This document shows positions 26,082-34,900 of a stretch of DNA of 37,877 nt, one piece after another. The stretch's first letter is position 1, and every line of letters starts with the position of its first letter. The stretch covers positions 1 to 37,877 of the forward strand of contig CAYOUJ010000021.1 in the NCBI GenBank assembly GCA_964407165.1. The letters run 5' to 3'. A program made the translations under genes and the position numbers. The notes beneath the pieces were generated by a model, which did no database searches, was not told where the DNA came from, and worked only from the letters and a program-made list of their open reading frames with translations. The stretch is from an uncultured Muribaculaceae bacterium (GTDB lineage: Bacteria > Bacteroidota > Bacteroidia > Bacteroidales > Muribaculaceae).

Positions 26082-26924
26082 TCAAGGGTTTGCTGTAGAC
26101 AGAGAGTCAACGGTCTGGCGTATGCGCCGTGCCTCGGCGCGAGCCTGTGAGCCGCCGTGGAGGGTGCCGGGGGGTATGGCCTCGCCGACGGCTACGCTGA
26201 AACGGCTGCCCCGCGCGCGCACCACCTCCTTGGGCAGGCGCACCATCTCAATGTTGAGCTTGATGCCCAGGCGCGTGCGCAGGCGTGCAAATTTATAAAA
26301 AAAACTTGAATTGCGGCCACCAAAATGTACGGGAATTATGTCGCGGCCGTAACGCACGGCATAGTTGACGAACGATGGCTTCCACTCCAGGTCGGCGATG
26401 ACGCCCCCTTTGTGGCGGCGCGAGACCAGTCCGGCGGGGAAGATAATCATCGGCACGTCTGCTTCCAGTGCCTCCTCGAGAGCCGTGGCGCCCGTGCGAT
26501 CCTGGCGTCCGTGTTTGTTGACGGGCACGAAGACGGGCCGCAGCGGCTCGACGGCCATCAACAGGTCGTTGACAACGAACCGCGGTTCGCAACCGTGCCG
26601 GTGGGCCACCATGTCGATGAGCGCCATTCCGTCGAGGCCTCCCAACGGATGGTTTGACACGTAGAGCACGCGCCGGCGGCCGGGGTCGGGCAGCACGCTG
26701 CCGGGGGTAAGGCTGTAGCGCACGTCGAGGTCGTCGAGCACGCCCGCGGCGAAGGCCGAGCCTTGGCGGTCGGCGTTGTGCGTAAGCAGCGCGTTTAGCT
26801 CGTCCTGGCATATCAGCCGCTTGAGCCACCGCACGGGCACGAGCCACCGCCACCGGCGCGGCACGCGCTGGCGCACCACGGCGTCGATGTCGATGCGCAT
26901 GGGTGATGAGGTGGCCTTTTCCAT
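26082..26924 (-). CDS. glsA: PlsC-family O-acyltransferase (OlsA/GlsA-like)
   Basis: 280 aa. The motifs VSNHPLGGLDGMALI and IFPAG are present. It lies 9 nt upstream of the GlsB-like gene. Confidence 0.72.
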   Translation of the reverse strand: MEKATSSPMRIDIDAVVRQRVPRRWRWLVPVRWLKRLICQDELNALLTHNADRQGSAFAAGVLDDLDVRYSLTPGSVLPDPGRRRVLYVSNHPLGGLDGMALIDMVAHRHGCEPRFVVNDLLMAVEPLRPVFVPVNKHGRQDRTGATALEEALEADVPMIIFPAGLVSRRHKGGVIADLEWKPSFVNYAVRYGRDIIPVHFGGRNSSFFYKFARLRTRLGIKLNIEMVRLPKEVVRARGSRFSVAVGEAIPPGTLHGGSQARAEARRIRQTVDSLSTANP

Positions 26925-26931
26925 TTCCCCG

Positions 26932-26939
26932 CAAAGTTA
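26932..26939 (-). promoter_or_regulatory. -7 promoter element TAACTTTG (minus strand) about 8 nt upstream of the glsA-like ATG
   Basis: The plus strand reads cccgCAAAGTTAcg next to the start at 26924. Confidence 0.5.
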
Positions 26940-26972
26940 CGAAAAAACTTTGTAACAAACCCATTGAAGTAA

Positions 26973-27023
26973 CGAAATCCCGAAAACTCGATTTTTCGGG
27001 ATTTCGGGATTTCGATATTTCGA
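26973..27023. repeat. Palindromic GAAATCCC/GGGATTTC repeat element, left copy (imperfect)
   Basis: cgaaatcccgaaaactcgatttttcgggatttcgggatttcgatatttcgat. It is related to the perfect palindrome at 28641..28690. It lies between the DUF805 gene stop and the glsA promoter. Confidence 0.85.
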
Positions 27024-27034
27024 TGGCACAAGGC

Positions 27035-28162
27035 TCAATAGACTTCCAAGGTCACATCAAACGTCTTTCCGGTATTGAGGTTGTGGTAAGAGCCGACGAA
27101 ATGGCCTTGGTACATCTCCAGATCGAAGCGCTCGAAGACCTCGCCGGTAGAAGGATTGGTGGCACTGAGCGACAGCTCGGTGGCTTCGGCATCGCACGTG
27201 CCCTTCAGCGGAATCCAGCTTGACGCCTTGTCGCCGCTTGCCTCCAGGGTTGACACGTAGGCATAGCGGCCGGTGACATGTCCGTTCTTGCAGCTCACCT
27301 CCATAAATATGGGATATTCCTTGCTGCCGCTATATAGAAGGCCGCTACAGGTATAGTCGTAGGTGTGGGCGTAAGCGGGGACAGCTGGAGCCTCGTCGTC
27401 ATAGACGTCGTCGACGGCATCGTCGTCGTCCATGACATATTCATATCCCGACTCTCCTATGGCGTCGGCCACTTCCATAAAGGCCATAACCATGAGCGTG
27501 TATCCTATGATTGTCACAATGATGCATCCGGCCCAGTAGGCGATGTCGAGGGGCTTGAACACGCCGGGGTTTTTCTCCTCGCGTTCATATTGCGAGGGCT
27601 GGCAGAGCAGGTAAAGCACGTAAAGCGGGCCGACGATGGGGATGAGGCCCAGCAGCATGAATGCCGGGCTCTTGCCCACGTCTGACAGGCGGCGTCCGGT
27701 GGCGGCGAGTATGCCCAAACCGGGGCCGAGTATGGCCAGGCCGAGGATGATCCACAGCCATATACTTGCCTTGGTAGAGGATGTGGAGTCTCCCGAGAAG
27801 GTAAGCATCTCGGCGCCGGAGTCGCCGAAGATTGCGAGGAATATAAGCATCAGCGCCGGCAGCGCCATGAACCACAGCGCGGCGTTGAGCCAGGTGAGCC
27901 AGAAGGCGCGCCGCGGCATGGGGTCGGAGTAGTCGAAGATATAGTCAATCTTGGTGAACGGATACCATCCGTAAGCCTCGCATATCGACTTGGGCTCCGA
28001 GGCATCCCAGTGCTCTTCGGCGTCTATGCCCTCACGATAGACCTCCTCCTCGCCGGCGTCGGCGTTAGCGTTCACGTTGGCGTTAGGGACGGGCACCGTG
28101 GCTTCGCCAGGCTCCGCGGCTGTCTGAGGTGCGGGCGCGGAGGTCGTCACAACGGGTGGCAC
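27035..28162 (-). CDS. DUF805-family inner-membrane protein with a Pro/Ala-rich N-terminal linker and a C-terminal soluble domain. It is probably the 3' part of a frameshifted zinc-ribbon-DUF805 gene.
   Basis: The track ORF begins at a GTG. The DUF805 core is recognisable (RRAFWLTWLNAALWF..ATGRRLSDVGKSPAFMLLGLIPIVGPLYVLYLL, matching the RLHD-G-S motif). The frame stays open upstream into the zinc-ribbon ORF. Confidence 0.65.
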   Translation of the reverse strand: MPPVVTTSAPAPQTAAEPGEATVPVPNANVNANADAGEEEVYREGIDAEEHWDASEPKSICEAYGWYPFTKIDYIFDYSDPMPRRAFWLTWLNAALWFMALPALMLIFLAIFGDSGAEMLTFSGDSTSSTKASIWLWIILGLAILGPGLGILAATGRRLSDVGKSPAFMLLGLIPIVGPLYVLYLLCQPSQYEREEKNPGVFKPLDIAYWAGCIIVTIIGYTLMVMAFMEVADAIGESGYEYVMDDDDAVDDVYDDEAPAVPAYAHTYDYTCSGLLYSGSKEYPIFMEVSCKNGHVTGRYAYVSTLEASGDKASSWIPLKGTCDAEATELSLSATNPSTGEVFERFDLEMYQGHFVGSYHNLNTGKTFDVTLEVY

Positions 28163-28190
28163 GGTTTGTGACGGGGCGGGCGGTACTTGG

Positions 28191-28286
28191 TCAAACCCCG
28201 CTGCGGCAGTGCTTGCACTTGCGGGCCGTGGCGAGTATCAGCTCGCCGCAGGCCGGGCATGTCTTCATTTGGGGTTCTGTCTCCAT
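28191..28286 (-). CDS. 31-aa zinc-ribbon ORF (METEPQMKTCPACGELILATARKCKHCRSGV), the likely 5' part of the DUF805 gene
   Basis: CPAC-x12-CKHC is a classic C4 zinc ribbon. The ORF ends at a TGA directly after a GGGG run. The downstream gene's frame is open across it, offset by one nucleotide. Confidence 0.5.
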   Translation of the reverse strand: METEPQMKTCPACGELILATARKCKHCRSGV

Positions 28287-28582
28287 AGTGTGATAATGAG
28301 TTGGTAAAGTGTTATGACAAGAAAAGCGTGAACCGGCATTTGACCTTCACGCTTGTCGAGGCTCTCGCACAGCCCAGTAATAACGATTGGGTAAAGCGGC
28401 CCACGCCCGTAAACGGGGTGAACGCACAATACCTGAAGTCGATTATTACTGTTTGAAATTTGCGAGATTTCGACAAGTCGGTCTTCAGTCTTGTGATTCA
28501 GTATTTCGTTGGTATGTTGAGTATATTCTTTCTCTCGGGGTATAAAGGAGGGTTAAGATTGTGCGTGCACTATTGCACACGG

Positions 28583-28590
28583 CAAATTTA
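28583..28590 (-). promoter_or_regulatory. -7 promoter element TAAATTTG (minus strand; caTAAATTTGccgtg), the candidate promoter of the zinc-ribbon/DUF805 unit with a leader of about 290 nt
   Basis: The motif matches exactly, but the distance to the ATG at 28286 is unusually long. Confidence 0.35.
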
Positions 28591-28640
28591 TGAAGAAATT
28601 TTGAACTGCACAACATGTTTTGCACCATAAGTACCTCCCT

Positions 28641-28690
28641 CGAAATCCCGAAATCCCGAAATCCCGGGATTTCGGGATTTCGGGATTTCG
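28641..28690. repeat. Perfect 50-bp palindrome (GAAATCCC)x3-(GGGATTTC)x3 centred on CCCGGG
   Basis: cgaaatcccgaaatcccgaaatcccgggatttcgggatttcgggatttcg, seen directly in the sequence. It is the right-hand partner of the 26973 element. Confidence 0.95.
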
Positions 28691-28696
28691 ATAGCG

Positions 28697-28717
28697 GGGG
28701 TTATTTGCGGAGGGTGC
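28697..28717. repeat. 21-bp direct repeat gggttatttgcggagggtgcg (copy 1). Copy 2 at 28933..28953 spans the stop codon of the giant gene.
   Basis: The two copies are exact and 236 bp apart. They bracket the terminator hairpin and a ccggcaaatttgccgg palindrome. Confidence 0.85.
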
Positions 28718-28870
28718 GCTCGGCGAAACCAATACAGGCGGTAGTAGAATTTTTAGGGAAATTATTTGCCTGTTTAAAAGAAAGTTGATACCTTTGCAAT
28801 TACGAAAACCGGCAAATTTGCCGTTATTCGTAAATGCAAAGGGGATACTTATAAAAAATCGCAAAAAATC

Positions 28871-28901
28871 AACGGTTTGGCAATTTTTTTGCCAAACCGT
28901 T
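28871..28901 (-). terminator. Intrinsic terminator of the giant gene (aacggtttggc-loop-gccaaaccgtt, followed on the minus strand by a T-run)
   Basis: 11-bp perfect stem. The minus-strand transcript continues gattttttgcgatttttt. Confidence 0.75.
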
Positions 28902-28935
28902 TTCTCGTCATGTAAAATCGTTCCGGAATTATGGG

Positions 28936-31900
28936 TTATTTGCGGAGGGTGCGGGAACGGGCGGTGCCGTCGGAGTAGACGGTCTGCTCGACGACGACGG
29001 TGCCGGGGGCCGGGTTGGCGATCTGCACGCCCTGGAGGTTGAAGTAGCGGACGGCGACGACGGTGGCGTCGTCGGCGCCGACAGCCTCGATTCCGTCGAT
29101 GACGTTGCCGAGCTTGATGGTGTAGACGCGGACGAGGTCGCCGGCACGGAGGGTGATGGTGCCGGTGCGGCCGGAGGCCTCCTGCAGCGGGTGGATTATG
29201 CCCTCGTCGGCGTCGATGAAGAATTCCTCGGAGGCTTCCCATGTCAGGCCCGGAAGGTATGCGACGTGTATCTTGTCGGTGACGCCCTCGGCGGTGTCAT
29301 CGCCGCTGAACACAAGCAGTGCGGCGTGGAAGTTGGCCTCGGGCACGTCGGCGAAGGCCTTGAGCGTGGGCATTGCGTACTGGTGGTAGTCCCAGAGGTC
29401 GCTCAGGGACGTGGTGATAAGCTCACGGTCGGTCAGGCCCTTGGCGAACGAGGCGGAGTACTCGTCTTGCACGAGCGCGGGGTTGACATCGGTGCTATAG
29501 TAGCAGGAGTCGACGCTGACCTTGGTCTGCGTGGAGGTGCAGTACATGGCAGCGGCGCAGGTGGTGCCGTCGGTGCAGTTGATCTTGCCGTAGGCTATGT
29601 TGCGGCGTAGCGTGGCGCCGGTGGAGGCGCCGCAGATGCCGCCGACGAACATCTCGCCGGTGAGGGTGCCGTAGTTTGCGCAGTCGTGGATGTTGCCGGT
29701 GGTGGCGTATCCGCTGATGCCGCCGACGTGGCCGTAGGCGGTGGTGGTGCTCTGCCGGTCGGCGCGGGTGGAGGTGACGCTGCCGAGGTTGATGCATGAG
29801 CTGATGTGCGACGACTGGGAGGTACCCGCGATGCCGCCGGTGCGGTTGCCCACGCTCATGACGGTGCCGTAGTTGACGCAGTCGGTGATGGTGCCGGAGA
29901 TGTTTCCGAAGACGCCGCCGACGGCGTAGGCGTTATTGGGGGTGGCGGAGCCGTTGACCACGGTGGCGTAGTTGACAAGGTTGCGGTAGACGGCGGAGGC
30001 TCCGTTGCCGTTGCCGATGACGCCGCCGAGGTCGTAATAGTTGCTGTAGACCGAGTCGCCGTAGTTTACGCAGTTGGTGACTACGTTGGCATACGAGCCG
30101 GCCTGGCCGATGACGCCGCCGACGTAGGTCTTGTTGCCGATCACCGTGCCGTAGTTGACGCAGGAGTCGACGGTGCATGCTGCGGTGAATGAGCCGAAGC
30201 AGCCGCCGAGATAGTTCTCGCCGCGGACGTCGACGTGGTTGACGCAGTTGATGAACGTTCCGGAGGCGCTGTAGCAGATGCCGCCGGCGCCGGCGGAGGT
30301 GAATACCAGCTCGCCGAAGTTCTCGAGGTCGCGGTAGAGGCCGCCGCCGGTCATGGTGCTGGCGATGCCGCCGATATATCCGGAGGCGGTGATGACGCCG
30401 TAGTTCTTGCAGTCGATCATGTCGCCGCCGCAGCGTGCGGCGATGCCGCCGGCAGTGGTCTTGCCGCAGGTGATGTTGCCGTAGTTGACGCACCCCTTGA
30501 CGAGCGAGCCTGCCTGTGTCTGCTCGACGATGCCGCCCATGGAGGTGCCGGAGCAGTCGAGGTTGGCGCGGTTGACGCAGTTGATGATGCTGCCGCCGGC
30601 GTAGAGATAGCGGACGAGGCCGCCGACGTCGGCTGCCGTGGTCATGGTGGTGATGAGCGTGGCGTCTTCGTTGACCACGTTCTCAATGGTGCCGTAGCAC
30701 TTGTCGACCAGTGCGGAGACGTAATAGTAGGCGGCGATGGAGCAGGTGCCCAGGCGCAGGTTGCGCACGGCGCCCTTGTCGGTGAGGGTGCCTATGATGG
30801 CCACGTACTGATAGGGCTTGACAGACCGGTCGGTGCGGTCGATGGTGAGGTAGTTGATGCTGTGGTTACGTCCGTCGATGATGCCGCCGAAGGAGTTGCT
30901 GTCGAAGCCGATGGGTGTGAACTGCGGTATGCCGGTGAAGTCGAGGTCTGCCGTTATAGCGAAGTGGTTGCCCTCGAAGGTCAGGCCGTAGGTGTTGGTG
31001 TAGTCAGAGAGTGTGATCAGGTCGGCTGCGCAGGTGATGAGGAAGGGGTCGGCCTCGGTGCCGCTGCCGGCGAAAGGTGCGAAGAAAGCCGTGACGGCGT
31101 ATTCGCGGGTGAACGCGCCGGAGGTGCCGACGAGGGTGATGCTCTGGGGCTGTACGCAACCGGTGACCTTGAGGGTGTCGCCGGCGATGCTGAAGTATTC
31201 GGAGGCGGGTATGCTCCACGTAAGGCCGTCGGCCTTGGAGAGCTGTGCGTTGGTGGTCATGGAGCCTACGGTCTGCCCGTCGCCGAAGGTGACGTACATC
31301 GAGCGGAGGGTAGAGGCTGCGGTTTCCGAGGCGCGGGCCTTGAGCACGGGATACTTGCCGGCGGCGTAGTCGAATATGTCGGCGGAGAGGCCCTCGATGG
31401 CCGTTCCGGTGGTCAGCACGGAGGTGTTGACCGCGGATATGCCGTCGCGGGGGAGTCCGTTCATCGCGCCGAGGGTGCAGAGCTGGTTGTCATAGTAGCA
31501 GGCCTCGAGCACGGCGGGAGCCGAGGCTACCTGGCCGCCGAAGGCGCCGCAGTAGGTGCCGCCCTCGCAGATTACGATGCCGGTGTTGACGCACCCGCGC
31601 AGCTGTGCCGCGGAGGTGACGCCGCCGATGATGCCGGCGGCGATGGTGTAGGCCTGCACGGTGCCCTGGTTGACACAGTTCTCGATGACGCAGGCATCGG
31701 CGCCGCTGGTGGCGTCGCTGTTGAAGACTATGCCCGCTGCGCCGCCGGTGGAGGCGTATTCGTAGGCGTTGGTGACGGCGTCGGTGTGGACGTAGCCGTC
31801 GTTCTGGCAGCCGGATATGGTGGAGCCGCCGTACATCTGCCCGACGATGCCGGCAGCGTATCGGTAGCCGGCGGTGATGGTGCCGGCGTTGTAGCAGTTT

Positions 31901-34900
31901 ATGGCACGGGCGCCGGCATTGAGGCGGGTGCAGATGCCGCCGACGTAGTTGGCGGAGACGGTGATGTCGGCGTAGTTGCGGCAGTTTTCGACGGTGCCGT
32001 TGCAGATGGCCACGAAAGCGGCGAGGCCGGCGTAGCCCTTGAGCGAGCATGAGGCGTCCATCGTGATGTCCTTGAGGTGGCCGTTGGGGCCGAGGATGCC
32101 CACGAGGGCGACGGTCTGGCGCGACGAGGAGGCGACGGGGCTGCCGCTGCTGTCGAGCGTGAGGCCGTTCATCGTCCAGTTTTTGATGGTGTAGCCGCGG
32201 CCGTCGAGGGTGGCGTCGAAGTAGTGGGTCTCGTTGGTGTCGTCGCCGATACCGTAGAAGTCGGTGACGCCGGTAAGGTCGATGTCGTTGCCCAGGACGA
32301 AGTAGTCGCCCGTGTAGTGGAGGCCGTTGGAGGTAACGCCCGTGTTGAGAGTGCGCAGGTCGTCGACGGTGCGGAGCACGAAGGGGTCAGCCTCGGTGCC
32401 GCTGCCGGGGAACTGCGAGGGGGAGACGTTGAGCTGGTACAGGCGGGTGAACGTGCCGGCGTCAGTGGTGAAGCGTGCGGAGATGAACTCCTTGCCTTGG
32501 TCGCCGGTGAGCGTCACGTCGGAGCCGCTGATGGTCAGGGCACCATGAGAGAGGACGGGCGCGTTGTCGTCGTCGAGGAGATACCAGGCCACGTCCGAGG
32601 GGGTGTCGAGGGTGAACGCGGTCTTAACATAAGAGGAGGTCTGCCCCTGGCCGAGATGTATGGCGGCGCCGAAATATCCGGCGACGTCGGCGGCCATCCA
32701 CTTGGGCGTGGGATAGCGGCCGGCGGTGAACGTCCACATATCCGAGCCGAAGCCCTCGGGACCGTTGGCCGTGGTCAGGGAGTCGGTGGCGGTGTAATGG
32801 TCGGCGGTGAGGGTGCCGGCCATCTGTCCGTCGACGTACACATTATTAAATATGGTGCCGTCGTTGATGACACCGGCGACGCCGTTGTCGACGAGCGTCT
32901 GGCCGTTGCCGTAGACCTGGCCGGTGGAGATGACGCGTGTGAGGGTGTTATTGTTTGAGGCGAGGTTGCTGAGATATCCGGCGATGCCGCCCAGGCGTGT
33001 GCCGGTGCTGGTGCCCTGGACATAACATGATGCGACGCAGTCTTCGATGGTGGCGCCGGAGGAGTATCCGACCAGGCCGCCGGCATAGCCGTTGGAGCTG
33101 GTGGCGACGGTCTGTATCATCACGGAGGCGGCGCATGAGCGCAAGGTGCAATAGGTGACCAGGTTACCGGCGATGCCGCCGACCCAGCCGTAGGAGCTGG
33201 TGTCATACATCGTGCCCAGCACGTAGCAGTTTTCGATGAGCACGGGTGAGGCGGAGGCGGAGGAGCAAGCGCCGACTATGCCGCCGAGGCCGTGCTCGAT
33301 GCTGGTGGAGGGCACTGACTGCTTGGCGGAGATCTGTGCGGAGCAGTCTTTGATGGTGCCGCGGTAGATCATGCCGGTGATGCCGCCGAGCTGGCCCAGG
33401 CCGGTGAGGTAGCCCACGTAGTGGCAGCCGCTGACGTATGTGCTGTAGCCGACGATGCCGCCGGCGTAGCGCTCGTAGGTGACGAGCTGGCCGCTGACGG
33501 AGCAGTCTTCGATGCGACCTAAGGAGTAGCCGGCGACGAAGCCTGAGTAGCGGCCGTAGGTCAGCATGCGGGCCGTGGTCATCTTGACACCCCGGACGAC
33601 GCCGGAGGCGCCGACGTAGCCGAAGATGCCGGTGTATTCGGCGCTGCGCTCGACGTAGAAGTTCTTGATGGTGTAGTTGCCGCCGTCGTAGGTGCCGTTG
33701 AAGCAGTTGGTGGCGTCAGCGCCGACAGGGCGGTACTGCCCGACGTAAGAGGCGAAGTCGATGTCGGCTGTCTGCTTGAAATATTTGCCCTCGTAGGTCA
33801 GGCCGGAGGCCACGGCGGCGGCGAGCAGGTCGAGGTCGGCCGTGGAGGCTATCTGGTATGGGTCAGCCTCGGTGCCGCTGCCGGTGAAGGAGTAGGCCTG
33901 CGAGGAGGGGAGGGTGAGCACGCCCGGCTCGACGGAGATGGTCGAGCTGTTCATGCCGTAGAGACAGCTGGTGGAGGCCGACGAGGTGGTGGCGGCGAAG
34001 ACGCCCCAGGGGCCGAAGCCGAAGCCGGTGGCGCTGAGCGTGCCGGTGATGTTGCCCGGGATGCCCTTGTTGCCGTAGGTGCCGGTGCCCCACTCGGCGG
34101 GGTATGTGACGTAGGACGTCGCCGTCAGGCTGGTGTAGCTCATCATCTGCGGCTCCAGGGTGAAGGTGCCGTCGGCGTTAAGGAAGACGGTCACCTCGCG
34201 GCCGGAGTTGGCCAGGTTGGCGATGAGAGCCTGCGTGGGCGTGGTCTGCTTGACGAAGACGGGATACGAGGTGTCGGAGAAGGTCTGTGCCGAGAGGTCG
34301 CGGAGGCTGCCCGTGAGCGTGGCGTTGGAGGGGTAGAGGCGCATGGTGGTGCTCATGGCCAGGGCGGAGCCGACGTATTCCGAGGTCTTGTCGGTGACCA
34401 GCACGGCCCAGCCGCTGCCGAGGGTGAAGCACCCTTCGGCGTCGTCCCAGGTGAAGACGAGGTTCTTGGCCGTGCTGTAGCCCCACTGCACGGCGTCGAA
34501 ATAGACCATCTCGAAGTCGCCGTAGGGGCTCATCGTGTATACCACCTGGTGGGGGAAGGTTATGGTGGCGGAGGTGGCGTCGTAGGTGCCGGTGAGGGTG
34601 CCGAGGTTGTAGAAATTGGTGAGCGTGGCCGTGCCGTCGGTGCCGACGGTGAGCTGCGGCATGGCTGTGAACCCTTCGCGGGCGGTGCCGGTCTGTATGT
34701 AGTCATACTCGGCATAGTAGCCCGTGGGGCTTGCGGGGGCCGACTCTGCGCGGTGGCTGAGCGCGGGGCTGTGTGTGTCGAGCGCGCCGGGGAGGACAAT
34801 CTCTTGGAATCGCTCGTCGGCGACCGACTGCGCGGAGGCGCCGAGGGCGCACACGGCCATGGCGACGGCCATGGCTGCGGCGCGTAGGTTGAGGTAGTAA

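Noticed and set aside
26293-26964. 223-aa Arg-rich minus-strand ORF overlapping the glsA-like gene
   Set aside because: It is on the same strand but off-frame, and is about 25% Arg/Pro. It would run through the glsA promoter.
27022-27040. TGGCAC hexamer resembling a sigma-54 -24 element (also at 28158)
   Set aside because: No properly spaced TTGC(A/T) -12 element follows in either case. The orientation and position (3' end or inside a coding region) do not fit a promoter.
28287-28582. Possible riboswitch or sRNA in the ~290-nt leader upstream of the zinc-ribbon ORF
   Set aside because: I could find only weak local inverted repeats (for example around gtgcgtgcac) and no motif I can match to a known riboswitch class. 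I noted it as a long leader in the promoter feature but did not call an RNA.
28697-28760. Possible pseudogene remnant of a second T9SS C-terminal domain ending in ..RTLRK-stop
   Set aside because: Translation upstream of the duplicated 21-mer (..FPKNSTTACIGFAERTLRK) shows no resemblance to a T9SS CTD. The similarity is confined to the 21-bp DNA repeat, so it is reported only as a repeat.
28553-34799. Many plus- and minus-strand ORFs (up to 605 aa) inside the giant gene region
   Set aside because: They are off-frame or antisense to the 1990-aa GLUG/T9SS ORF. The 1990-aa ORF has a signal peptide, coherent repeats and a CTD, and is the only coherent reading.
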